A stretch of DNA of 38,453 nt, from IMG/VR virus record IMGVR_UViG_2541047932_000016. One strand, 5' to 3'. The position numbers and the translations under genes were made by a program. Shown here one piece after another: positions 7,887-16,711 of the stretch. The notes beneath the pieces are model-generated. The model was not told the origin of the DNA and made no database searches. It was given only the letters and a program-made list of their open reading frames with translations. Source of the DNA: a virus. Taxonomy: Duplodnaviria; Heunggongvirae; Uroviricota; Caudoviricetes. Positions within the stretch are counted from its first letter, which is position 1. Each line of letters starts with the position of its first letter.

Positions 7887-8396
7887 ATGAGTAATGACAA
7901 AAAATTGACACTGAGCGTTTACGAAAACAGTCCGCACATCTGGCGTGGCGGTTTATCTGATGTGGAGCTGGCAGAGTGGTTGATACATAAAGCTAATGCG
8001 CTGCTCTGGCGTTTGTCAGCCAGAGAACAGCGCAAGGAAACCAGAATAAAGCTGGCTGATGCAGAAGCGTGTGCCGGGCTTATTGAGGATTATACAAATC
8101 TTGGTATTTCTTCAGCAGAGAGTGATCCCATTCAGCCTCTGAGCAGGGAGTCAATCCAGCACGCTGGTTGTATGGCACATCTTGTAACTGCTCGTCAACA
8201 TGAGGTGGGTATTGGATCACTTCCGGTGGGATATTCGCTGATTCCAGAGCTGGTTGAAGCAAGAAAATCAGTTCAGAAAAAGAGAGATGACGCACTTCAA
8301 TTATTGAGAGAGCACTATGGCGCGATACCAGAATGCGAACAGCGTCGATACCCTGAAGGTTATGAATGGATGCAGTCTCTTTTTGAAGTTCGCTAA
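7887..8396 (+). CDS. Hypothetical protein (169 aa)
   Basis: ORF in the rightward early operon; start at internal ATG 7887 (MSNDKKLTLSVYENSPHIW...) chosen because the longer ORF overlaps the YdaT-like gene; unrecognised. Confidence 0.45.
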   Translation: MSNDKKLTLSVYENSPHIWRGGLSDVELAEWLIHKANALLWRLSAREQRKETRIKLADAEACAGLIEDYTNLGISSAESDPIQPLSRESIQHAGCMAHLVTARQHEVGIGSLPVGYSLIPELVEARKSVQKKRDDALQLLREHYGAIPECEQRRYPEGYEWMQSLFEVR

Positions 8397-8613
8397 TCAA
8401 TATGTCGAGACGAAGGTATGTTTCGGCGCGCAGCCAGGCTCTGTAATCCGGGAGCATTTCGGGGCTGTTACACCAGCGGTTTGTTGCTGCAACATTTAAT
8501 ACATGAGCCTGATAAAGGCTTTTCAAAAAATACATGTCGAACCTCCTCTGGTTCTGTCGATTGGGAACCACAGATTATATCCGGAGGAAGGTTCGGCACC
8601 AGATGAGGTAGCC

Positions 8614-9729
8614 ATGCGTGATTACGCAAAAGTTTCTCCGCGATTCTGGCTGGGAGAAACGGGGAGAGAACTTAGAAAGGCGGGTGCAGAAGCGCAAGTT
8701 GTTGCTTTTTACCTGATGACATCCCCTCACGCAAATATGCTGGGTTTGTATTACCTGCCAGTTTTATACCTTGCTCATGAAACCGGGCTTGGTCTGGAAG
8801 GGGCTTCAAAGGGGCTTAAAAGGGCTGTTGAAGCTGGTTTTTGTAGCTATGACCATGATGCAGAGATGGTCTGGGTCCATGAAATGGCAGCCTGGCAGGT
8901 TGGGGAAACGTTGAAGCCTGGCGATAACCGTTGTGCAGGTGTCAGGAATGAGTATGCATCATTACCTGAAAACGCTTTTCTGTCAGTGTTTTACGACAGA
9001 TATAAAACGGATTTCCATCTGGATGTGAGGCGGAATAATAGCCGAAATTCGGTAAGGGGCTTCGAAGGGGCTTTTAAGGGGCTTCGAAGCCAAGAACAGG
9101 GACAGGAGCAGGAGAAAGAACAGGAACAGGACAAAAACACTATGGTTCATGGCAAAAAAAACACCACGAACCAGGCAGGGGATGTTCAGACCGTCAATCC
9201 TGGTCAGCCAGCAGGCACGACACCGGAAGCCGATTCAGCGTATGCGCTGAAAGCCGATTCGGGCGCTGTGCAGCAGGTGATGACCGCAGGGTCGGAGCAA
9301 TCACACCAACTGCAGCAGCCTGAAGCCGATTCCGCCATTCAGCGGGAAGCCGATCGGGTAGTCCCGGAAAACACCGGGCAGTCTGTGGGACGAGTGGATT
9401 ATCCGGATGTGTTCGAACAGGTCTGGCGGGAGTACCCGTTGCGTGCCGGAGCAAACCCGAAGAAATCCGCATTCAGTGCCTGGAAGGCCAGATTGCGCGA
9501 GGGGGTGCCACCAGAGACCATGCTGGATGGTGTGAGGCGTTACGCGAGATACCTGGCGGCGACCGGGAAAGCGGGAACGGAATTTGTTCAGCGAGCGACG
9601 ACGTTTTTTGGGCCGGACCGGAATTTTGAAAACCCCTGGTTGCTCCCGGTAAGCGGCACGAACAACCAGCGTTGTGTGAATCATATTTCTGAACCGGATA
9701 CCGAAATTCCGCCGGGATTCAGGGGGTGA
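8614..9729 (+). CDS. Replication initiation protein (YdaU/DUF1376-like, lambda O analogue)
   Basis: 371 aa from ATG 8614 (MRDYAKVSPRFWLGETGRELRK...); contains internal iteron arrays; followed by a DnaC-like loader. An upstream in-frame ATG at 8503 is possible. Confidence 0.65.
   Translation: MRDYAKVSPRFWLGETGRELRKAGAEAQVVAFYLMTSPHANMLGLYYLPVLYLAHETGLGLEGASKGLKRAVEAGFCSYDHDAEMVWVHEMAAWQVGETLKPGDNRCAGVRNEYASLPENAFLSVFYDRYKTDFHLDVRRNNSRNSVRGFEGAFKGLRSQEQGQEQEKEQEQDKNTMVHGKKNTTNQAGDVQTVNPGQPAGTTPEADSAYALKADSGAVQQVMTAGSEQSHQLQQPEADSAIQREADRVVPENTGQSVGRVDYPDVFEQVWREYPLRAGANPKKSAFSAWKARLREGVPPETMLDGVRRYARYLAATGKAGTEFVQRATTFFGPDRNFENPWLLPVSGTNNQRCVNHISEPDTEIPPGFRG
8797..8827 (+). repeat. Iteron-like direct repeats (AAGGGGCTT x3) inside the replication gene
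   Basis: GAAGGGGCTTCAAAGGGGCTTAAAAGGGCTG read directly. Confidence 0.45.
9054..9089 (+). repeat. Iteron-like direct repeats (AAGGGGCTT x3, ~11-bp period), putative origin core
   Basis: AAGGGGCTTCGAAGGGGCTTTTAAGGGGCTTCGAAG, then a purine-rich ACAGG-repeat tract and an A-rich stretch; resembles ori-lambda organisation inside O. Confidence 0.5.
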
Positions 9730-9735
9730 TGTGGC

Positions 9736-10482
9736 ATGAAAAACATTGCGGCAGCCGGGGTTCTTGAACGTATTCGCAGACTTGCACCACAGGCGTCGGT
9801 TCCACCGTACCGGACGGTGGAGGAGTGGCGGGAATGGCAACTTGCTGAAGGACGAAAACGCAGCGAGGAGATTAACCGCCAGAATCGCCAGTTGCGGGTG
9901 GAAAAAATCCTGAATCGTTCGGGCATCCAGCCTCTGCACAGCAAATGCTCGTTTGCAAATTATCAGGTGCAGAACGACGGGCAAAAATACGCGCTGAGCC
10001 AGGCCAAATCCATAGCTGACGAACTGATGACCGGGTGCACGAATTTTGTGTTCAGCGGTAAGCCGGGTACCGGAAAGAATCATCTGGCAGCAGCCATTGG
10101 CAACCATCTTCTGGCGAAAGGTCGCAGCGTGATTGTGGTGACGGTGGCGGATGTGATGCTGGCGTTACACGGCAACTACGACAACAAAAACTCGGGCGAA
10201 AAGTTTTTGCAGGGGTTGTGTGAAGTTGACCTGCTTATCCTGGATGAAATCGGTATGCAGCGGGATACGCGTAACGAACAGGTCACACTGAACCAGATAG
10301 TCGATCGCAGAACGGCCTCGATGCACAGCGTCGGGATGCTGACGAACCTGAACCATGCGGCGATGAATACGCTGCTTGGTGAGCGCGTGATGGACCGCAT
10401 GACCATGAACGGTGGTCGCTGGGTGAATTTTAACTGGGAGAGCTGGCGTTCAAATGTCAGTCATTTAAGGGTTGCGAAGTAA
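9736..10482 (+). CDS. DnaC-like helicase loader (IstB-like AAA+ ATPase)
   Basis: 248 aa; Walker A GKPGTGKNHLAAAIG and Walker B LLILDEIG; position after the O-like gene. Confidence 0.85.
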   Translation: MKNIAAAGVLERIRRLAPQASVPPYRTVEEWREWQLAEGRKRSEEINRQNRQLRVEKILNRSGIQPLHSKCSFANYQVQNDGQKYALSQAKSIADELMTGCTNFVFSGKPGTGKNHLAAAIGNHLLAKGRSVIVVTVADVMLALHGNYDNKNSGEKFLQGLCEVDLLILDEIGMQRDTRNEQVTLNQIVDRRTASMHSVGMLTNLNHAAMNTLLGERVMDRMTMNGGRWVNFNWESWRSNVSHLRVAK

Positions 10483-10496
10483 TTTCAGGAGGACTC

Positions 10497-10889
10497 ATGG
10501 CAAGCGTTTTTACACCTGAACAGCGGGAAGAACTGAAGGCACGAATTATCGGGCTGGTACACAGGAACAAACGCATGACGATGTCGCAACTGGAGAGGGC
10601 AACGGGGGCGGGCTGGCATACGGTCAGACGTTGTCTTGTGGATGTGGTTGCTTGTGGTGATTTGTACATATCCGGTAAATACGGTGTTTTTGTATCAGAA
10701 CAGGCGTATCAGGCGTGGTGTAAAACTCCGAAGAAAGCTGCCCCGGCACTGGTCCGGAAGTTACCTGATGGTGAAATCCGTCGCTACGACAGAGACATGA
10801 ACATAATTTGCCGGGAATGCCGTAACAGCGAATCAATGCAACGTGTACTGGCGTTCTATCGGGGTAATTTTCAGGAGGTGATGGAGTGA
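10497..10889 (+). CDS. Hypothetical protein, possible HTH
   Basis: 130 aa with GGAGG RBS; segment MTMSQLERATGAGWHTVRRCL looks HTH-like. Confidence 0.55.
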   Translation: MASVFTPEQREELKARIIGLVHRNKRMTMSQLERATGAGWHTVRRCLVDVVACGDLYISGKYGVFVSEQAYQAWCKTPKKAAPALVRKLPDGEIRRYDRDMNIICRECRNSESMQRVLAFYRGNFQEVME

Positions 10890-11185
10890 GGGTGAGGGTT
10901 TATATCGCCGGTCCGATGACCGGGTATAAAAATTTCAACCGTGAGGCGTTCCACAAGGCGGAAGAGGAACTGAAACGGGAAGGGCATACAGTCTTAAACC
11001 CGGCAGTACTTCCGGACGGGCTGACACAGCCGCACTACATGGATATTTGCATGTCAATGATACGCTGCGTGGATGCGATTTACATGCTGAAAGGCTGGCA
11101 GCGGTCGGCAGGCGCTAAGGCAGAACTGGCACTGGCGGAGAAGCTGGGGCATGCAGTTATTTTCCAGGAGGCAAACAGTGAGTAA
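10886..11185 (+). CDS. DUF4406-family protein (nucleoside 2-deoxyribosyltransferase-like)
   Basis: 99 aa; MRVRVYIAGPMTGYKNFNREAF... is the characteristic N-terminus; GTG start with GGAGG RBS overlapping the upstream stop. Confidence 0.65.
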   Translation: MRVRVYIAGPMTGYKNFNREAFHKAEEELKREGHTVLNPAVLPDGLTQPHYMDICMSMIRCVDAIYMLKGWQRSAGAKAELALAEKLGHAVIFQEANSE

Positions 11186-11642
11186 CCAATGGCGACCAGA
11201 TATTTGCCCAATAACCGGACGTGCATTTTTCATGTGGATTGAGCATCCGAAATTGGGAAATGTACCGACGTATGGTGGCCCATTAGACAGTTACACCATT
11301 CCAACAAAGGACAGCGATGGTGAGTTTTCGTGTGAGCGTTACGATCATGATTTCGGTGGCTGGGTAGAAAGCGAATGTCTAGGGTTATATCTGATTGATG
11401 ATGAAGAACAATGCAGAGTCTACGAACTCGAGGAGCGCGTTAAAGAGCTGGAAGCGCGGGAAGTTCATTTACCGACTCGCTACGGCCTTCGATATGGACA
11501 TCCGATAAATGCTGATGAGCGCCACGTCATGATACCTAAAGAAAATGGCTGCTGGATTTATCTGGCTGATTTAGAGCACGTACTACGTGTTGCTGGTATT
11601 CGCATCAAAGGAGAGGAGCATGGAAATAAAACCAGAAGATGA
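11178..11642 (+). CDS. Hypothetical phage protein
   Basis: In-frame GTG at 11178 preceded by GGAGG; alternative ATG at 11232 (MWIEHPK...). Confidence 0.5.
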   Translation: MSNQWRPDICPITGRAFFMWIEHPKLGNVPTYGGPLDSYTIPTKDSDGEFSCERYDHDFGGWVESECLGLYLIDDEEQCRVYELEERVKELEAREVHLPTRYGLRYGHPINADERHVMIPKENGCWIYLADLEHVLRVAGIRIKGEEHGNKTRR

Positions 11643-11976
11643 GTTAAGTAATATTGTTTTATTTCCGGTAAAAGAGGATGACCCACGTAATCAGGTTAAT
11701 TTTCTTTATGAGCCATCGGAAAGACCATATTGTCATCACGCCTCTGTCCGGGTTGACGAAAAAGAGCGTCAGGTCCGTTGTAAAATCTGCGGTGCAGTTG
11801 TGGAGCCGTTTGACTGGATGCTCTCTGTGGCGAAAAGAGAAACCAGACTGGCAGATGATGTAAGGCTATTGCGCCAGGAGGAACAGGAAAGGCGGAAAAA
11901 TATAGAAAAGTTAATTCAGATTGAACGTAACGCGAAAGCGCGGATACGCAGGGCGACAAAATCCAGAACTGAATAA
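11620..11976 (+). CDS. Hypothetical protein with putative zinc ribbon
   Basis: ATG 11620 with GGAGAGGAG RBS; CHH...CKIC cysteine/histidine cluster; basic C-terminus. Confidence 0.55.
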   Translation: MEIKPEDELSNIVLFPVKEDDPRNQVNFLYEPSERPYCHHASVRVDEKERQVRCKICGAVVEPFDWMLSVAKRETRLADDVRLLRQEEQERRKNIEKLIQIERNAKARIRRATKSRTE

Positions 11977-12071
11977 ATAAATTTAGTGCTGTAAATAAAA
12001 ATTTAATCCTTAACCGGAGGGATTTCTGCACCCTCAAAACATCAGGAGGCCGCCTGAAAGGGCGGTAAGAA

Positions 12072-12290
12072 ATGACTACATTATTCAGAAAAGAATATCC
12101 GAGAAAAAGTAGAGCGACAGAATTTTTGTTTCTCATTATATTTATCGTGTTGATGATACCGATACCCCCGCTATTACTGGTCTGGTTTATCGTGAAAATA
12201 ATTGAGCCAGTTATTGAATTGTATAACGACGTGGTGTGGGCGTCGTTCAGCACACTGCACAATAAAATTAATCCGTATAAGGAAAGCTGA
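12072..12290 (+). CDS. Small hydrophobic (membrane) protein, 72 aa
   Basis: LFLIIFIVLMIPIPPLLLVWFIVKII indicates a transmembrane segment; weak RBS; AT-rich. Confidence 0.35.
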   Translation: MTTLFRKEYPRKSRATEFLFLIIFIVLMIPIPPLLLVWFIVKIIEPVIELYNDVVWASFSTLHNKINPYKES

Positions 12291-12291
12291 T

Positions 12292-12657
12292 ATGGCACTG
12301 ACGAAAAAACAACGTGCAGAGCTGCGCATGAAGTTCGGCGGTCGCTGTGCTTATTGCGGCTGCGAACTTGGCGAAAAGTGGCATGCAGACCATGTAAAAC
12401 CGGTCATTCGTTTTGATGGAAATATGCTTCACCAGGAACGTGACGATATATCCAATATGGTTCCGGCATGCCACCCATGCAATCTGCACAAGCATTGCAG
12501 TAGTCTGGAAGATTATCGGCGAATTATCAGTGATGGTCGTCGTGAATTCCTTGCGTCCGGGAAAGGCAAAGCGCTGGTTCGTATGGGATTGGTTGAAATG
12601 AAATCTGACCCAGTTGTGTTCTGGTTTGAAAAATATCAAGAAGGGGCTACGGCATGA
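12292..12657 (+). CDS. HNH endonuclease
   Basis: 121 aa from ATG 12292; [19 protein letters not shown]...[11 protein letters not shown] matches the HNH Cys/His motif. Confidence 0.8.
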   Translation: MALTKKQRAELRMKFGGRCAYCGCELGEKWHADHVKPVIRFDGNMLHQERDDISNMVPACHPCNLHKHCSSLEDYRRIISDGRREFLASGKGKALVRMGLVEMKSDPVVFWFEKYQEGATA

Positions 12658-12998
12658 CGACTTTTACCAGAGAGCAGTTAATAGCTCACGCAGAGGAGAC
12701 TATTGAAGCACAGAGACTGTGCATACCGGGCACAATCGACCATGACATCATCCGCACATATAAGATGGATATTGCTGTTCTGGAAATCGCACTGGTATCG
12801 CTGGCAGCAGAGCCAGCCGGTAAATTGCATGAATACAAACCAGTGGGATATCAGCGTCTGGTCGATGAGTTAACCATGCTGGTAAAGCAGTTAACCTGGC
12901 AACTGAGGAAAGCGAAGCCAGACTGCAAATTACCGGATAAGGCGATGAGTTATCTGGAGCGGAACGGACTGATAAGCGTGGAGGATATTTTACGATGA
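12654..12998 (+). CDS. Hypothetical phage protein
   Basis: 114-aa ORF overlapping the HNH stop (ATGA). Confidence 0.55.
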   Translation: MTTFTREQLIAHAEETIEAQRLCIPGTIDHDIIRTYKMDIAVLEIALVSLAAEPAGKLHEYKPVGYQRLVDELTMLVKQLTWQLRKAKPDCKLPDKAMSYLERNGLISVEDILR

Positions 12999-13078
12999 CC
13001 TGGCCTGAAGCATTCACAACGGTAGGAATTGCGATGGCGGTGGCGCTGGTGGTGTATTCGATTTGCCGCTGGGGATAA
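12995..13078 (+). CDS. Small hydrophobic peptide (27 aa)
   Basis: ATG overlaps the upstream TGA (ATGA); [27 protein letters not shown] is a single TM-like helix; followed by a terminator hairpin. Confidence 0.3.
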   Translation: MTWPEAFTTVGIAMAVALVVYSICRWG

Positions 13079-13091
13079 ATCGCCGAAAAAA

Positions 13092-13125
13092 GATCCCGAC
13101 ATAAACATGAGCCGGGATCTTTGAT
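13092..13125. terminator. Bidirectional rho-independent terminator
   Basis: A-run, GATCCCG...CGGGATC stem, then TTTGATTT; sits between convergent genes. Confidence 0.45.
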
Positions 13126-13203
13126 TTATATAGCCTACGAATCCGCCAGTAAGAGAGGGGGGCGGACGGTTAATTCTAACACCGGAATGATGTGGGTAAA
13201 AGT

Positions 13204-13503
13204 TTATAAGAAATCGGTTTCATAACTTTGCCCACCATGATAGATACCGACAATAAAGACTTTTCTGCTATCAACGGCAAAAGCAATAATCGTTCTGTGG
13301 CGGAAATGAGTTACCCGCATCCCCTGGCGAATATCATCGCGTTTATTGCCCCGATGCGGGAATGTAGAAAACCCATCAAGATAATCAAGAAGCGCATTGG
13401 CATAATTGTCAGCAATGACGTTCCCTGCTTTCTCCGTTATATACCTGTGCAGGTTGATTATTTGTTGTTCGGCCTCAGGAGTAATGATGACTTCATATGT
13501 CAT
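13204..13503 (-). CDS. parE: ParE-family toxin
   Basis: 99 aa; MTYEVIITPEAEQQIINLHRYITEKAGNVIADNYANALL... is ParE/RelE-like; 5 nt downstream of a ParD-like antitoxin. Confidence 0.8.
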   Translation of the reverse strand: MTYEVIITPEAEQQIINLHRYITEKAGNVIADNYANALLDYLDGFSTFPHRGNKRDDIRQGMRVTHFRHRTIIAFAVDSRKVFIVGIYHGGQSYETDFL

Positions 13504-13508
13504 GCAGA

Positions 13509-13766
13509 TTACTTCCCGGATCGAATCGCGGCGCGAACCTGTGAAATGGAGCGTCCGTTGTTTGGGTTTTCGCGGATAGAATCAAGAGAGGGGGCGGCTG
13601 AATGCGTTAACCACGCTTCGATTGCTTTATCGCGCTCATTCAGTGCGCGAAGCCCTTCACGAATGACCTCGCTTTCTGAAGCATAGGCACCGGAAGCCAC
13701 ACGGGCGCGCACCATGTCAGCCATTTCGTTAGTTAATGTAATGCTGAATTGTTGGGTTGTACGCAT
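13509..13766 (-). CDS. parD: ParD-family antitoxin (ribbon-helix-helix)
   Basis: 85 aa from internal ATG 13764-13766 (MRTTQQFSITLTNEMADMVRARVASGAYASESEVIREGLRAL...). Confidence 0.75.
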   Translation of the reverse strand: MRTTQQFSITLTNEMADMVRARVASGAYASESEVIREGLRALNERDKAIEAWLTHSAAPSLDSIRENPNNGRSISQVRAAIRSGK

Positions 13767-13901
13767 GGTAAACCTCACGGAGTAGGATAGAACACCATTC
13801 GATGATAGCACGTTGCCTGTTGACGACAACAGAAATCAGAGACAATATTGCCGCACGCCAGCTTGAACAACTGGCACCTGCTGCGCCAGCAGAGAAAACC
13901 G

Positions 13902-14174
13902 ATGGCGCACAATACCAAACATCACAATTCTGATATCGCCCCTGCCAGCAGGCAAGGGCGGTGTTCTCACACATTCAAATATGACTGGTATCAGCACGAT
14001 CCCTGCACTGAAGAACAGGCCGAATGGCTGATTCATAACTACCGCAGACGTGGGTATGAGTTTAAGAAAGCCCTTAGCCTCGACTACCGTCACTGGATAA
14101 TCTACGTCAGGCTCCTTTATTCCGAACGCCCGCCGCGTCCGTCCCGCACATTCCAGCAACGCATCTGGAGGTAA
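13902..14174 (+). CDS. Hypothetical protein (90 aa)
   Basis: ORF just upstream of the DUF968 gene; start uncertain (ATG 13902 or TTG 13848). Confidence 0.35.
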   Translation: MAHNTKHHNSDIAPASRQGRCSHTFKYDWYQHDPCTEEQAEWLIHNYRRRGYEFKKALSLDYRHWIIYVRLLYSERPPRPSRTFQQRIWR

Positions 14175-14175
14175 C

Positions 14176-15225
14176 GTGCGGGTATTACTTCGACCTGTTC
14201 TGGTACCGGAACTCGGGCTGGTGATCGTTAAGCCGGGCCGTGAATCCATGCCGGTATTCCACAATACCCGGGTACTGGTGGAGCCGGAACCGAAAAGCAT
14301 GCGTAATCTGCCGTCCGGGGTTGTTCCTGCCGTTCGCCAGCCGCTAGTGGAAGACAAAACATTGCTGCCGTTTTTCAGTAACGCACGGGTGATTCGTGCT
14401 GCTGGTGGTGCTGGTGCATTGTCTGACTGGCTGTTGCGCCATATTAAATCCTGCCAGTGGCCACACGGCGATTATCATCACAGCGAAACCGTCATTCACC
14501 GTTATGGTACCGGCGCAATGGTGTTGTGCTGGCACTGCGACAACCAGCTGCGCGACCAGACATCCGAATCACTCGGGCAGCTTGCTCAACAAAATCTGAC
14601 AGCCTGGATGATTGACGTCATCGGTCACGCAATAAGCGGTACGCAGGAGCGTGAATTATCTCTGGCTGAATTATCCTGGTGGGCGGTCCGCAATCAGGTG
14701 GCGGACGCGCTACCGGAAGCGGTATTACGTCGTTCGCTGGGGTTGCGTGCGGAAAAAATCCGCTCAATGTACCGTGAAAGCGACATCGTGCCGGGAGAGC
14801 AGACCGCCACCAGCATACTGAAACAGCGCACAAAAAATCTTGCGCCTCTGCCTCACGCCCACCAGCAACAGAACCCACCACAGGAAAAGACGGTGGTCAG
14901 CATTGCCGTTGATCCTGAGTCTCCGGAATCTTTCATGAAACGACCTAAACGTCGCCGCTGGGTTAACGAGAAATACACGCGCTGGGTAAAGACACAGCCG
15001 TGTGCGTGTTGTGGTAAGCCTGCTGACGATCCGCATCACCTGATTGGTCATGGTCAGGGGGGAATGGGGACAAAGGCCCACGATATTTTCACGTTACCGT
15101 TGTGCCGGGAGCACCACAACGAACTTCATGCAGACCCGCTGGAGTTTGAGAAAAAGTACGGCTCTCAGATTGAGTTAATTTTTCGTTTTCTTGATCACGC
15201 CTTTGCGACTGGCGTGCTCGGGTAA
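14176..15225 (+). CDS. DUF968-domain protein (YdfU-like)
   Basis: 349 aa; GTG start after GGAGG; C-terminal Cys/His cluster CACCGKPADDPHHLIGHGQGGMGTKAHD...LCREHHNELH typical of DUF968 proteins in nin regions. Confidence 0.7.
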   Translation: MRVLLRPVLVPELGLVIVKPGRESMPVFHNTRVLVEPEPKSMRNLPSGVVPAVRQPLVEDKTLLPFFSNARVIRAAGGAGALSDWLLRHIKSCQWPHGDYHHSETVIHRYGTGAMVLCWHCDNQLRDQTSESLGQLAQQNLTAWMIDVIGHAISGTQERELSLAELSWWAVRNQVADALPEAVLRRSLGLRAEKIRSMYRESDIVPGEQTATSILKQRTKNLAPLPHAHQQQNPPQEKTVVSIAVDPESPESFMKRPKRRRWVNEKYTRWVKTQPCACCGKPADDPHHLIGHGQGGMGTKAHDIFTLPLCREHHNELHADPLEFEKKYGSQIELIFRFLDHAFATGVLG

Positions 15226-15237
15226 AAGAGGTGACTG

Positions 15238-15597
15238 ATGCTCATAGATTTGGTTTTACCTTACCCGCCGACGGTGAACACCTACTGGCGACGCCGTGGC
15301 AGCACATATTTTGTATCAAAAGCCGGGGAGCGTTATCGCCGGGCAGTGGCGCTTATTGTTCGCCAGCAGCGACTGAAATTAAGCCTGTCCGGACGGCTGG
15401 CAATAAAAATTATTGCAGAGCCACCGGATAAGCGTCGTCGTGACCTGGACAATATTCTGAAAGCACCGCTGGATGCGCTGACGCATGCGGGAGTGCTCAT
15501 TGATGACGAGCAGTTTGATGAAATCAATATTGTACGTGGTCAGCCAGTATCTGGTGGACGGCTGGGTGTGAAGATTTACAAAATTGAGAGTGAGTGA
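15238..15597 (+). CDS. rusA: Holliday junction resolvase RusA
   Basis: 119 aa; MLIDLVLPYPPTVNTYWRRRG...DLDNILKAPLDAL... is RusA-like. Confidence 0.88.
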   Translation: MLIDLVLPYPPTVNTYWRRRGSTYFVSKAGERYRRAVALIVRQQRLKLSLSGRLAIKIIAEPPDKRRRDLDNILKAPLDALTHAGVLIDDEQFDEINIVRGQPVSGGRLGVKIYKIESE

Positions 15598-16136
15598 GCG
15601 TAAATATGATATATCCGGAAATTACAGGCAAAAGCGGCGAACATTTACGCCTGAACACGCTGGAAGCAGTCTGGATCCAGGGGAAATTACGGATGTGGGG
15701 GCGGTGGTCGTATATCGGTGGGGGTAAATCCGGAAATATGTTTAACCGGTTACTGGTTTCGAAAAGGCTGACGAAAACAGCAGTTAATGAGGTTTTACGC
15801 AGCATGAAGAAATCCGGGCTGGAAAAACCGGAACTTGAGGCATTTTTTCGGGATATGACCAGAGGGAAGCAGAAGAGCTGGTTGTCACATTGTACAGACA
15901 CAGAGGCGTTGATTATTGATCGCGTTATCAGTGAGGTGCTTGGGGAATATCCCGGGCTAATCAATATTCTCCGGCAAAGGTACGAAGGACGGGGAATGAG
16001 TAAGAGAAAAATGGCAGAATGTTTAAATCGTACTCACCCGGAATGGTGTTTCAGCACATGTGAGAAACGTATTGCAGGTTGGTTAGCCGTGGCTGAACAC
16101 ATGCTTTATGTACCTATGCACGATTCATTTCGATAA
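15594..16136 (+). CDS. Q: Late gene antiterminator Q
   Basis: 180 aa immediately before the late-leader terminator and lysis/moron region; GTG 15594 overlaps rusA stop; alternative ATG 15606. Confidence 0.7.
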   Translation: MSVNMIYPEITGKSGEHLRLNTLEAVWIQGKLRMWGRWSYIGGGKSGNMFNRLLVSKRLTKTAVNEVLRSMKKSGLEKPELEAFFRDMTRGKQKSWLSHCTDTEALIIDRVISEVLGEYPGLINILRQRYEGRGMSKRKMAECLNRTHPEWCFSTCEKRIAGWLAVAEHMLYVPMHDSFR

Positions 16137-16260
16137 AAAAAGCTTGCTTTTTTACGCAGAAACAGCTTGAATTCCTGTAAGCTTCGCAAAGCTGTATCGC
16201 GAGGCGAAATGCAAGTTTTTTCGCACAAGGAAGCCACCGGAAGGTGGTTTTTTTGTGTCC
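16137..16260 (+). promoter_or_regulatory. Late promoter leader (PR-prime/qut-like) ending in tR-prime-like terminator
   Basis: Intergenic region after Q with a strong hairpin CCACCGGAAGGTGG plus T7 at 16234-16254. Confidence 0.5.
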
Positions 16261-16376
16261 GTAATATACAGCAGCGCAATAAATTCGCTGGTGGTTATTA
16301 ATACCGTTCTTTCAGCTTGCTGGCTTTTTCGACAAGAGTTATTGGTGTGTCACGTTAACCGGAAAAGGGAAAAGGC

Positions 16377-16574
16377 ATGCTAAAACAGCAGGATATGACC
16401 GAAACCGCCAGAGTGGTGTTTAATGAATTAAGCGTCACCGAACCGGCGACCGTCGAGGAAATTGCGCAGAACACTTATCTTTCACGCGAACGCTGCCAGT
16501 TAATACTGACCCAGCTTGTTATGGCGGGTCTGGCAGATTATCAGTTCGGTTGTTACAGACGCCTTCAGTCCTGA
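16377..16574 (+). CDS. Small putative DNA-binding protein (winged-helix-like, 65 aa)
   Basis: Segment ATVEEIAQNTYLSRERCQLILTQLVMAGLAD resembles small winged-helix regulators; own terminator at the 3' end. Confidence 0.5.
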   Translation: MLKQQDMTETARVVFNELSVTEPATVEEIAQNTYLSRERCQLILTQLVMAGLADYQFGCYRRLQS

Positions 16575-16586
16575 AGGCTTTTTTAT
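16558..16586 (+). terminator. Rho-independent terminator
   Basis: GCCTTCAG-TCC-TGAAGGC followed by TTTTTTA; stop codon lies inside the hairpin. Confidence 0.55.
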
Positions 16587-16711
16587 TTGTGGTAAATGGG
16601 CGGCTGGTGGGTGTTAGCGGCACCTGTCAGTCCTTTGCTTATGTGTTGATGATAATTTACCTTTTGGGGCTATAATTGAACTAACCAATTGCTAATGAAA
16701 GTAAAATTATA

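Noticed and set aside
8080-8571. 163-aa minus-strand ORF spanning the junction between the 169-aa hypothetical gene and the replication gene
   Set aside because: Opposite to the direction of the rightward early operon and overlapping two plus-strand genes; no RBS seen. Lower certainty than the others because the overlapped 7887-8396 gene is itself unassigned.
9301-10107. 268-aa minus-strand ORF (and 9194-9472, 9681-9944) antisense to the replication-initiator and DnaC-like genes
   Set aside because: Fully overlaps well-supported plus-strand genes with recognisable motifs; no RBS; typical antisense open frames in GC-rich coding sequence.
11696-12298. 200-aa minus-strand ORF in the nin-like region
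   Set aside because: Overlaps three plus-strand genes including the start of the HNH gene; translation is low-complexity hydrophobic; likely spurious.
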